Below, in pieces: positions 14,901 through 24,734 of a DNA stretch of 64,000 nt. The notes beneath the pieces were generated by a model. It was given only the letters and a program-made list of their open reading frames with translations, was not told the origin of the DNA and made no database searches. The number at the start of each line of letters is the position of its first letter. Position 1 is the first letter of the stretch. Origin of the DNA: Dehalococcoidia bacterium. Its GTDB lineage: Bacteria; Chloroflexota; Dehalococcoidia; UBA2979. A program made the position numbers and the translations under genes. The DNA lies in the NCBI GenBank assembly GCA_965219085.1, contig OZ244720.1:1600001-1664000 (forward strand), in the 5' to 3' direction.

Positions 14901-15730
14901 AGCGTGTCGAGCAGGTTGCGGGCGTTCTCGGCCGTCGGCGGGTCGCCGGGGCGGATGCGCCGGTAGAACTCCTCGAGCGCCTGGCGGCGGGTCTCGGTCG
15001 GGTCCTTCGCGAGGGTGGCGTCGACGTAGGAGTGCTCCTCGTCGGTGTCGACGGCGCCGAGCATGCGGCGAATGCGGTCGCTGGTGCCGAGCTCGTCGTC
15101 GCTGACGCCCTCCTCGATGTCGATGGCGCGGAGGAGGATGGTGACCGGGATCTTGCGCTTGCGGTCGACCTTGACGGAGAGGATGTCCTTGTTGGAGGTC
15201 TCGAACTCCAGCCAGGCGCCGCGGTTGGGGATGAGCTTGGCCTGGGTCAGGCGCCGGCCCGTCGCGGGGTCCACGGTCTCGGTGAAGTAGACGCCGGGCG
15301 AGCGCACGAGCTGGGACACGACGACGCGCTCGGCGCCGTTGATGATGAACGTGCCCTGCCCGGTCATGAGCGGGAGGTCGCCGAGGTAGAGCTCCTGCTC
15401 CTTGACCTCGCCGGTCTCCTTGACGGTCAGCTCGGCGATGACCTTGAGCGGGGCGCCGTAGGTGGAGTCGCGCTGGCGGCACTCACGCTCGTCGAGCTTG
15501 GGGCTCTCGATGTAGTACTCGAGGAAGGACAGCGCCATGCGGGTGCCGGTGAAGTCCTCGATCGGCGAGATCTCGTCGAACAGCTCGCGCAGCGAGCGGT
15601 CCAGGAACCGCTCGTAGGAGCGCTTTGGCATGTCGATCAGGTGCGGGACATCCAGCACCGGGCGAGACTTGCCGTAGTCCCGGGTGATGAGTTGTCCGCC
15701 TGGCATGCTGGCTCGCTCGGTGGTGACCAA
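11963..15730 (-). CDS. rpoB: DNA-directed RNA polymerase beta subunit
   Basis: [30 protein letters not shown]; TTG start chosen from AAGGAG RBS (alternative ATG 15706). Confidence 0.99.
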
Positions 15731-15937
15731 GTAGCGACTCCTTCGCATTCGTCACGGTGGACCGTGCAGCGTTGCGCTCCGGATTCCGTACAAGCGCCTG
15801 GTTGGGCCTGTGGGGGAGAGTCTCGACACAGCTACGCAGCGCCGGTTGCCTACCGGTGCTGCTCGATGTGTTGTCGCTAATGGAATTCGCCGTGCCCAAC
15901 GCCTTGAGGATGATACCCGATCGCGCACAGGAAAGCG

Positions 15938-15966
15938 AGGGTATCGAGGACCCGCCGATCTGTCAA
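15938..15966 (-). promoter_or_regulatory. Sigma70-type promoter for rpoBC
   Basis: TTGACA-17bp-TACCCT on minus strand, about 200 nt upstream of the rpoB start. Confidence 0.6.
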
Positions 15967-16056
15967 CGATCTTTCCACGTCAGGTGCATGGCGCGGCCAT
16001 TCGCGGAGCATGGGGGGAGTCCTCGGAGCGTGTCTTGAAGAGCCCTGGCTAGTACC

Positions 16057-16593
16057 ATGAGTCGCATGGTTTCGGATCGTGATAGTGCCTCCGGTCGAGC
16101 ACCCCGGGCCGCTTACGACATGGCGCTCTGGCAGCTGACTGAGCAGGTCAACGAGAACCGCTCCTTCGATACGAGGGCCGGTGTGGTGCTATCCGTGGCG
16201 GCAGCGTTCGCGGGGCTCTTCGGGGCATCCCTGGTGCGGGTCGTGAGCGACCATCCCGCGGGATCGGAGATCGCCACCGTGACCGTGAGTGGCGTCGCAG
16301 TCCTTATCGCGTTCGGGTGGACGATGTTCGCCTTCTACCGCACCGTCAGGCCGAGTCGGTGGGCGAGTGGACCTGCAGCACGGGAACTGATTGAAGTTGC
16401 GTCAGAGCACGAGGAGCCGGCGGTGCGGCTCTGGATCGCTGAAGCGCTCGCCGACTCGTTTATCCGGAATGAGGCGGCGGCTCAGCGGGAGGCTACCTGG
16501 TTCCGGCGCGAACTCTACGGAGCGATGATCGTTGGCGGCGTTGCGGTGCTGGCGATGCTCGCGACAACGCTCGCACGACTCCTCACGTCGTGA
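16057..16593 (+). CDS. Hypothetical membrane protein (about 3 TM)
   Basis: ATG ORF with three hydrophobic segments. Confidence 0.6.
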   Translation: MSRMVSDRDSASGRAPRAAYDMALWQLTEQVNENRSFDTRAGVVLSVAAAFAGLFGASLVRVVSDHPAGSEIATVTVSGVAVLIAFGWTMFAFYRTVRPSRWASGPAARELIEVASEHEEPAVRLWIAEALADSFIRNEAAAQREATWFRRELYGAMIVGGVAVLAMLATTLARLLTS

Positions 16594-16858
16594 ACCATTA
16601 CCGGGTTGTGATTGAAGCGGGTGGCTAGCCGTCCGCGTCCTCACGGTCGCGCTGTCTCATGCCGAACCCGTAGCCTCCGGTGATGTACTGGAGCTTCGCC
16701 TTCGGCAGCCCGGAGACACCGACCTCCCGATCAGGCTCGCGCGTGTCGTCCGGCTGCGATCCGTTCTGTTCCGGGGGACGATGTTTCGAGTGAGTCATCT
16801 CGGAACCGAGTATGCCACACGATGAGGGCGCGCGAGGACGGCGGGCAGCGGTAGCACG

Positions 16859-18007
16859 CTACGGCTCCCCAGCGCCCGAACCCTCCACCGGCCGGCTCGC
16901 CGTCTCCGCCCACACCGACCACGCCTCCTTCGCCCGGTCCATCGAGTCCCGCAACCCCACGCTCGACAGCAGGTTCAGCGGGGGCGCCTCCACGAACGCC
17001 GGGTCGCGCCCGGCGAACCACACGACGAACGGCGCGTCCAGGGCGTCGGCGTCGGCGAGCAGGCGCTGCAGGTAGCGGCGCTGCTCCGCCGGCGTCGAGG
17101 AGTGCAGACCGTCCGGCTGCGCCGCCGAGGCGAACCCGACGGATGCGAACGCGATCGGCAGCCGCGTGTGGTCACGGATCTGCTGGTAGTAGAGCGGCGG
17201 GAGGTCGTTCGCCACCTCGTAGGCGACCGAGGGGAACGTGGCGATCGCGAACAGGTCGAGCCGGCCCGCGAAGTCGGCGAGGAGCTCCCAGCGCGGAGGC
17301 CGCGACGGCTCCCACGGCACCGCGCCCAGCAACTGCTCGTACTGGAACGTGGCGAAGACGCGCGTCTCCGGGCTCACGGCCTTCACCGCCCGGTACGCCT
17401 CGTTGTAGGCGGCGAGGAACGCCCGGTACTGCGACGGTGAGCGCTCGAACGTGGCGTTGATCTCGACGCCGAGCGCGAGGTACGCGGGCGTGTAGCTGGT
17501 GGCGATGAACCGCGCCTCGGCGACGAAGGCCGCGCGCAGGTCTGGGTGCGCCAGGTCTGCGTCGCGGTAGCCAAGCGGGGCAGCGGCCAGGCGGCCACGG
17601 TCGACCGGGTCGAACGGATCGAGGGCGTAGAAGAGCGTGAGCTCGCGCTCCTCGACGGCGACGCGCTCGCGCACCGTGAGCTCATGGAGCCGCGGCGACG
17701 GCTCGACGCCGGGGAGGAACTCGGCCCACTCGGGCGCGCGCTGGATCAGCAGCAGTTCGCCGTAGCGCGCCGTGAGGTCGAGTGCGGCGATGTAGGCGTC
17801 CTGCGTCAACTCGGCGGGCACGGATGAGAAGCCGAGGAGGAAGGGGCGGGGCGTCCCTGCCTGCTCGCGCGGCTGCGGTACGAAGCCCGGCTCCTGGATA
17901 CGCTCCTCGCGGCACCCCAGCGCCGCGGAGGCGACAAGCATCAGCACCAGCGCCGCCGGTGCGAGCACCGCGAGCCGCTCCCGGCTGGCCGTTCGAATGT
18001 GCGCCAC
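16859..18007 (-). CDS. Putative lipoprotein with glycoside-hydrolase-like TIM barrel
   Basis: Lipobox-like ALGC; YLALGVEIN, PIAFASVGF, VVWF, VGLRD...KEAWSVW pattern resembling clan-A GH folds; start uncertain. Confidence 0.6.
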   Translation of the reverse strand: MAHIRTASRERLAVLAPAALVLMLVASAALGCREERIQEPGFVPQPREQAGTPRPFLLGFSSVPAELTQDAYIAALDLTARYGELLLIQRAPEWAEFLPGVEPSPRLHELTVRERVAVEERELTLFYALDPFDPVDRGRLAAAPLGYRDADLAHPDLRAAFVAEARFIATSYTPAYLALGVEINATFERSPSQYRAFLAAYNEAYRAVKAVSPETRVFATFQYEQLLGAVPWEPSRPPRWELLADFAGRLDLFAIATFPSVAYEVANDLPPLYYQQIRDHTRLPIAFASVGFASAAQPDGLHSSTPAEQRRYLQRLLADADALDAPFVVWFAGRDPAFVEAPPLNLLSSVGLRDSMDRAKEAWSVWAETASRPVEGSGAGEP

Positions 18008-18089
18008 GTCACGATTCTCGGGACGGCGGGCGATCGGGGTCAAACGCGGGCGCGGTTCGACGCCTGCTCGCGAGGTGTAGACTCGGCCC

Positions 18090-18545
18090 ATGGATGGCCC
18101 GCAGAACATCGACGTGGACGGGCTGCGCGCATCGATCAGGTCCGTCGAGCACCTGTTGCTGCGCTTCACGCCCGTGGCCGAGCGCTTGTTGCTGGACTTC
18201 CGCACGCGCGAAGGCGTCGGGCCGGGCGTCGCGCTGCTGCCGCCGGTCGACTCGTTCGTCGAGCGCATCCGCACCATCGAGCGCGTGCGGCCGGGGTTCG
18301 AGCGGCCGAAGCGCATCCACGTGGTGACGTGGCCGTTGCGCGTGGCGTCGCTCGAGCGCCTCGGCGTGCTCGAGACGGTGCGCAGCCGCCTCGCCGACAT
18401 GGACGCGTTCGACGTGATCGCCAGCGTGAACGAGACCTACAAACGCCTGCTCGAGATCGAGCGCGAGGAGACCAAGCGGGCGATCGAGGGCGAGGGCTAC
18501 CACACCATCTGGCCGGCCGAGACCCGCGGCAGTCGCGGCGCCTGA
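18090..18545 (+). CDS. Hypothetical protein
   Basis: ATG with GAGGT RBS, host-like codon usage, globular composition. Confidence 0.75.
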   Translation: MDGPQNIDVDGLRASIRSVEHLLLRFTPVAERLLLDFRTREGVGPGVALLPPVDSFVERIRTIERVRPGFERPKRIHVVTWPLRVASLERLGVLETVRSRLADMDAFDVIASVNETYKRLLEIEREETKRAIEGEGYHTIWPAETRGSRGA

Positions 18546-18562
18546 GCCTCCCGCCGGCCTCG

Positions 18563-18925
18563 ATGCAGCGCGACCGCTTCCGCCGCCTCGTCCAGCAGGC
18601 TGTGGACTCGCTGCCACCGGACATCGACAACTACCTCGACAACGTCGCGATCGTGATCGAACGCGAGCCCGCGCCCGAGGACCTCGCCGACGCCGGCCTC
18701 CCACGGGGCGCGGAGCTGTTCGGGCTCTACATCGGCATACCGCTGATCGACCGCAGCGAGTACCACATGACGCTCCCGGACCGGATCGCGATCTACCAGG
18801 GCCCGCTGGAGCGCGCGTTCCACCCGCGCATGATCCCCGAGGAGGTGCGTCGCACCGTCCTCCACGAGATCGCGCACCACTTCGGGTTCGGCGAGGCGGA
18901 GATGAAACGCCTCGGCCTCGACTAG
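18563..18925 (+). CDS. Minimal zincin metallopeptidase (DUF1025-like)
   Basis: LFGLYIG.P...PDRIAIYQGP...TVLHEIAHHFG. Confidence 0.9.
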   Translation: MQRDRFRRLVQQAVDSLPPDIDNYLDNVAIVIEREPAPEDLADAGLPRGAELFGLYIGIPLIDRSEYHMTLPDRIAIYQGPLERAFHPRMIPEEVRRTVLHEIAHHFGFGEAEMKRLGLD

Positions 18926-18938
18926 CTCCCCGTGAGCA

Positions 18939-21900
18939 TTAGCTTCCGGTGAGCAACAGTATCGCCGCGATGCGCCGCGCGGTGTCGGTGACGTGCTGGA
19001 TCTCCTCGGCGCGGAGCGGGCGGTCCAGCACCTTGTGCTCGCGGTAGGAGAGCCACTTCTTGAGCACCTGGTAGCCGCCGAGCTTGTAGTTCCAGACGGC
19101 GGCCGGAACGTTGCGCCAGCAGGCCCGGTCGTTGAGATGGACGTCGAACGTCGTCTCGCCGAGGGTCGTGACTGCGTCGCCCATCGAGGAGCGCTCGTCC
19201 GCCGTGAGCGGCCGCTCGTCGGCCCTGCCCTGGCCGGGCATGACGGCCTCGCGGCTGCCGAAGTGGCCCCAGCCCGCCGTGACCGAGAAGTCGTCCCCCG
19301 ACATGTTGTGGCCGTCGACGGTCGTCGGCACGCCGATCGCCGCGAGCTCGGCCCGGAGCGCGCCGGTGGTGACGCCCGGCACGGGCGTGTCGACATCGAG
19401 GAGCACGGCGAGTTCGCGGCCGCGCGCCGCCGACGCCTCGAGCTCCTCGGCCGCGCCGTCCGCGTTGCCGTCGGGCCAGCCGGGGAGCGGGATGCGTGGC
19501 CACTCCATGCGCAGCGCGCCCGCATTGGCCTCGCGGTAGGCGGGGTTGTGCAGCGTCGCCAGCACGTGGTGGAACAGATCCTCGACGCCGAGACCGAGGC
19601 GGTCGAGGTAGCTCTGGGCTGCGTCCGACAGGTTGGGCCGCCGGCCCGCCCCGTCTGCGCCGAGCCCCAGCCCCTCGTCGCGCAACCACAGCGGGAACAG
19701 GTGCACTCCCCAGTTTCCAAGCTTCCAGTTGCTGAGATGACGTATTGAGATGCCGTGTGAGAACTCGTGATCAATCTCTCGCTTATTCGAACCCAGCCAG
19801 AGATTCTTGCCAGTGACGTGCGACTTGTAGTCTGCGCGCTTCTCGTCTAGCAGCTTCGTGTCTGCCTCCCAGTAGAGCCAACGATCGTCGAAGGGCCGGT
19901 ATGCGCAGCGAACGAAACCTGCCTCGGTCGGGCCACCGCGCGCGAGCAGCGCGGCACGCACGTGACGCGCGTCAAACCGCGCCGTGGAGCGCATGACGCC
20001 CGGGTGGCTGCGGGCGATCTCCTCGTCGCTTAGATCCGGGTCAAAGTACTCGGCAACGCGCGTTTCGAGCCGGTCGCGATCGATATCGAGGAGGAATGCG
20101 TCGCGGCTGGTCTTCACTCCCGGGAACGAGGTCGGGAACAGGTCAGGCAGCGCCGGCCAGTCGGACCAACCGTCGCTGACCGCGATCTGTGCGAAGGGCA
20201 GGCCCAGCGGCAGCAGCGGCTCGACGGCTTCGTAGAGTGCGTCCGGCTCGGCGTCAGCCGTGGCCGTCAACCCGTCTCGCTTCGCCTGGCCCCAGAGCTG
20301 GCGGAAGCCGATCGCCTCCGCCGGTTCGTGGTCGGCCTTGCGCACCAGCGTCGTGATCGCCGTCCCGACCTGGATGCCGACCGGGTCCTCAGGCGCGGAG
20401 AAGATGCTCGGGTCGGGCTCCCCGTCCGGCGTCGTCTTGCCCGTCTTGTACTTGTCGCCGTTGAGCGAGTCGATGCGGATCACGTCGAAGGCTTCGAGGT
20501 AGCGCTCGCGCATGCCCGTGAACGAGAGGCCGTCCAGCCACGAGTAGTTCGAGATGAAGCAGACCACGCCGCGACCGGTCTTTTCCGCGATCCGCCGCTC
20601 CGCCATGCGGAAGAAGCGCACATAGAGGTCGTTGAGCCCCTGGCCCTCGGGCCGCCGCACTTGCTGCGTCGTGCGGTACGCCGTGGACAACTCGCGCTCC
20701 TCGTCCACCGCCATCCCGGCGAAGCCGTTGTACGGCGGATTGCCGAGGATCACGAGCACGGGCGTGTCCTGCTTCACACGGTCGGCGCGGTCGCGCTCCT
20801 CCTCGAGCTCCGGGAAGGGGAGCGGCTTCTGGGTGGTCGGCTCCCAGCCGGTCAGTGCATTCGTCAGGAACACGCTTGCCCGCTCCGGCCTATTGGGGTC
20901 GTCGGAGAGCGGCGCGTCCAGCGCCTGCATCGTCAGGCCGACCTGCAGGTGGGCGACGACGAACGGCGCGGGCATGATCTCGAAGCCGAACACGCGCTCC
21001 ATCGCCGCCCGCTTGACCCGCGCGCCCGTCAGCGCGCCGCTCCCCTGCGCCCGCAGGTTCGCGTCGATGCGTCGCAGCACCTCGCCGAGGTACGCGCCGG
21101 TGCCGCAGCACGGGTCGAGCACGTAGACGTTGTCGGCCGCCAGTCCGTCGGCGATGCCGAGGTCGTCCTTCAGTGCGCGGTCCACGCGCGCGACCATGTA
21201 GCGCACCACCTCGTTGGGCGTGTACCAGACGCCCAGTTGCTTGCGCAGGTCGGGGTCGAACTCCGCGAAGAACGGCTCGTAGAAGTACTGCACGGCCTCG
21301 CCCTCGCTGAAGCGTTCGAAGAACGCCTCGCGGTCCACGCGGTCGAGCGCCGCGGACGTCCAGTCCAGCACCTCGACGAGGCCGAGTGGTTGCAGGCGGC
21401 CGGGGTCGGATAGCTGCTGGAAGAGCGCCCGCAGGACGGCGCGCGCAGGTGCCAGACCGCCTCGCGCCAGTTGAACGACCCGGTGGGCGGCGGGGTCTGG
21501 CGCGCCCACAGCACCCACGCCGAGAACACGCCGTAGAAGAGCGTCTGCACCAGCGTCGAGCGGAAGAAGGCCGCGCCGCGCTCGCCCTCGAAGCGGACGC
21601 CGAGCGCCTCCTCGAGCGCCGCGCGCACCGCGTGCAGCGAGGGTTCATCGCCCGCCGCCTCGACCCGCGCGAGCCCGTCGCGCGCGTAGGAGGCGAGCAG
21701 CCACGCGACGTCTTTCGGCTCGACCAGCGTGGCGCGATGCGAGAGCGCGCGGCTGAGGTACTCGCCAAGCCCCGCGCCGACCTCGCGCGCGAAGGTGCGC
21801 GGGCGCTCCAGCCGCGCCTCGAACGCGTCGGCGGAGTGGGCGAGCCGGACCGTCTCCAGCTTCGCGGGCTTGCCGCTCGCGTCCTCGCCGAGCAGCACGA

Positions 21901-22284
21901 AGTCGCGGGTGTTGGTGACCAGCACCAGGCGGTACTTTTCCCAGTACTTGCTCACCTGGTCGCTCTCGGCGGTGAGCCAGGCGTCGTCGGCAGCGGGCTT
22001 CACTTCGATGACACCGCGCTCCGGGCTTTGACCCTCGCGCGGCTTGCCTTCTGGATCTGTTTGCCGGAGTAGAGCCCGATGTCGGGGTGCCCCGCGCCCT
22101 GGTCCGCCAGCTCGCTGATGCAGAACACCCTGGGCCTGAGTGCGCCGCCCACCGCGTTGAGCAAGTTGATGAGCGGCGGGTAGTAGGAGCGTTCGCTTGT
22201 CGCGCCGCCGGACGCGCGGATCTTGCGCAGGTCGGTCAGGTAGTCCTCGACCATCCGGGTCAGCCGGGCGTCGGCGGCGGTCAT
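18939..22284 (-). pseudogene. Single-chain restriction-modification enzyme (N6-adenine MTase + TRD, type IIG/ISP-like), split by two frameshifts
   Basis: N-terminal PD...EVK nuclease-like motif, GVWYTP, VLDPCCGTG (motif I), ILGNPPY (motif IV), C-terminal VWNYKLGGYQVLKKWL; frameshifts near 22048 and 21439. Confidence 0.85.
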
Positions 22285-22396
22285 GGGCGCAATGTGGCGG
22301 CACCGACGGGCGAAGCGCAAGCGCGTGTTTCGCGTGGCCGCGACTGTTTGACGCCGACGAGCGCTGCCACCGGCCCGGGAGCCGCGACTCCGCGGG

Positions 22397-24112
22397 CTAC
22401 TGGCCGCTCAGCGTGAGGATCCGCGCCGCCTCCTCGAGCGTGGAGGTGACGCGCAGGGCGTCCCAGACGTCGGTCCCGCGGGCGTAGCTGCCGTGGCCGC
22501 GCACGACGACGATCGGGTGCTCGCGGAGCGCGTCGGCGACTGGCTGCGCCGAGGACTCCCACTCCGCCTCCACCACCGGCACGCTGCCGAGGAAGAGCCG
22601 CCCCTCGAGGTTCGCGGGGTCGATCGCGTCGCGCCCGTAGGCGAGCGCGATGGCGTGGACGGGATGGGCGTGCACCACCGCGCCGGCGTCGGCGCACGCC
22701 TCGTAGATGGCGAGGTGCACGGCCGTGTCGGACGATGGCGCGGCGGCGTCCTCGTCGCGCGGCTGGCCGTCGGCGTCGACGGCCACGAGGAGGTCGTTCG
22801 TCAGCCGCCCGAGCATCGCGCCTGTCGCGGAGATGAGCGCGCCGCTGCGCGCGGCGCGGACCGAGACGTTGCCGCCGTGCGAGGTCACGAGGCCGTCCGC
22901 GCGGAGGTCCGTGCCGACCTCGATCAGCTCGCTGGTGGCGGTGGTCTCGGCCGCAGTCGCGGCGTAGTCCCACACGCCGCGTCGCACGAGGCGTTCCGCG
23001 GCGCCCTCGGCCAGCTCGGCGGCGCGGCGCATCGCCTCCGCCTCGAAGATGCGGTTGGTGGTGAGCGTCTCGAAGTCGACGACGCCCGATGTGGCGCCGT
23101 CGACGCTGCCGGCCACGACGACGCACGGCGTCTCGTAGCGCTCGGCGAGCGCGGTGACCATTTCGAGGGCCTTGCCGAACGTGGTCTGCGCGTCGAGGCG
23201 GCCCTCGCCGGTGATGATGAGGTCGGCGTCGCGGATCGCGTCCTCCAGGCCCACGGCCTCGGCGATCAGGGCTGCGCCGGACTGAATCGCGCCGCCGATC
23301 GTGCCGATCAGCCCCGCCGCGAGCCCGCCGCCCGCGCCGCCGCCGGCGAGGTCGGTGACCTCGACGCCGAGGTCCGAGGCGATCACGGCCGCCCAGCGCC
23401 GCAACGCTTCCTCGAGCGGCTGCATGAGGTCCTCGCCGACGCCCTTCTGCGGGCCGTAGACCACCGTCGCTCCCTCGGGCCCGAGCAGCACGTTGGTCAC
23501 GTCGGCGGCGACCGTGAGGTTGATGTCACCGAGCCTGCGGTCGACGGCGTTGTGGTCGAGCGCGACCAGCCTGGCCAGGTCGAGGGCCGCGACGGGCTCT
23601 GCCATCGCCCACGCGTCGGTGCTGACGAGCTGGTAGCCGAACGCCTGCGCTGCGCCCGCGCCGCCGTCGTTGGTCGCGGTGCCGCCGACGCCCACGATGA
23701 TCTCGCCCGCCCCGCGGTCGACCGCCGCGCGGATGAGCTGGCCGACGCCGTACGACGTCGCGCGCGCGGGGTCGCGCTCGTCGGGCGGGACGAGCACGAG
23801 GCCGGCCGCCTCGGCGGCCTCGATGACCGCGCCGGATCGTCCGCCGGCGGTTGCCGGCGGCAGCAACGCGAAGCGGGCGCGCACGGGGGCGCCCATCGGC
23901 CCGGTGACCTCGGCCTCGACGAGCTCGCCGCCGCGGGCGGCCGCGAGGACGGCGGCGGTGCCCGGTCCGCCGTCGGCGAGGGGCATCTCGATGATCTCGG
24001 CGTCGGGTTCGCCGGCGCGCGCGCCGGCGGCGAGGGCGGCGGCGGCCTCGAAGGCGGTGAGGGAGCCCTTGAACTCCTGCGGGCAGATCAGGATCCGAAG
24101 CGGCGGGCTCAT
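22397..24112 (-). CDS. Glycerate kinase fused to class II aldolase/adducin domain
   Basis: PQEFKGSL, ADGGPGT, GGTATNDGG, TGEGRLDAQT (GlxK/GarK); then GGNVSVR, PSSD...H, VVHAHP, VRGHG (class II aldolase). Confidence 0.9.
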   Translation of the reverse strand: MSPPLRILICPQEFKGSLTAFEAAAALAAGARAGEPDAEIIEMPLADGGPGTAAVLAAARGGELVEAEVTGPMGAPVRARFALLPPATAGGRSGAVIEAAEAAGLVLVPPDERDPARATSYGVGQLIRAAVDRGAGEIIVGVGGTATNDGGAGAAQAFGYQLVSTDAWAMAEPVAALDLARLVALDHNAVDRRLGDINLTVAADVTNVLLGPEGATVVYGPQKGVGEDLMQPLEEALRRWAAVIASDLGVEVTDLAGGGAGGGLAAGLIGTIGGAIQSGAALIAEAVGLEDAIRDADLIITGEGRLDAQTTFGKALEMVTALAERYETPCVVVAGSVDGATSGVVDFETLTTNRIFEAEAMRRAAELAEGAAERLVRRGVWDYAATAAETTATSELIEVGTDLRADGLVTSHGGNVSVRAARSGALISATGAMLGRLTNDLLVAVDADGQPRDEDAAAPSSDTAVHLAIYEACADAGAVVHAHPVHAIALAYGRDAIDPANLEGRLFLGSVPVVEAEWESSAQPVADALREHPIVVVRGHGSYARGTDVWDALRVTSTLEEAARILTLSGQ

Positions 24113-24161
24113 CGCTGCGTCCTTTCCTCGGGCGCTATGGGCGTGCGCCCCTCGGTGGGTG

Positions 24162-24341
24162 TTACGTGCCCCAGAAGCCGGCGAGGCGCAGCACCGCGCT
24201 GATGAGGATCGCGGCCACGTAGGCGTAGCCGAGCGTGCGCGCGTTCTTGCCGAGCTGGCGGAACCGCCTCGGCTGCATGATCGTCAGCCAGACGATGACC
24301 AGGCCGACGGCGATGAATCCCCAGTAGACGAGGCGCCACAT
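24162..24341 (-). CDS. Small 59-aa two-TM membrane protein (below ORF-track cutoff)
   Basis: MWRLVYWGFIAVGLVIVWLTIMQPRRFRQLGKNARTLGYAYVAAILISAVLRLAGFWGT; GAGG upstream. Confidence 0.65.
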   Translation of the reverse strand: MWRLVYWGFIAVGLVIVWLTIMQPRRFRQLGKNARTLGYAYVAAILISAVLRLAGFWGT

Positions 24342-24389
24342 CGCCTCGCATCGTAGCGGAGCGTGCCCGCGAGCGGGTGTCGCGGCCGG

Positions 24390-24734
24390 TCAGCGGAGGT
24401 CCGCTGGAACCATGACCGTTGTCCCTGGCAGGATCACCTGCACGTAGTCGACCCGGTCCTGCACCGTCGGCACCCGTGCGGGGCACTCCTCACCCAACCG
24501 GAACACGTTGAACCTGGTCGCCACGCCCGCGCTCGGGAGGACCGCGGTACACACGCGGATGGCTTGCCCGAGGCCGACGTTCCCCGCGATGTGGCCCCGA
24601 TGGGAGACGTACGCTCCGGTCGATCCGATGTCAGCTTCGGTGGTGTCCAGCCCCTTCAGGATGGAGCTGACCATGGTGAAGACGGTCAGGACCAGGAACG
24701 CGGCGACGAGGAGTTGCCAGATGCGGACCATCAT
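24390..24734 (-). CDS. Hypothetical exported/membrane-anchored protein
   Basis: ATGA overlap with upstream LuxR-LRR stop; N-terminal hydrophobic segment. Confidence 0.5.
   Translation of the reverse strand: MMVRIWQLLVAAFLVLTVFTMVSSILKGLDTTEADIGSTGAYVSHRGHIAGNVGLGQAIRVCTAVLPSAGVATRFNVFRLGEECPARVPTVQDRVDYVQVILPGTTVMVPADLR

Noticed and set aside
16594-16858. Possible gene remnant or ncRNA in this intergenic region
   Set aside because: No recognisable motif, convincing ORF or structure
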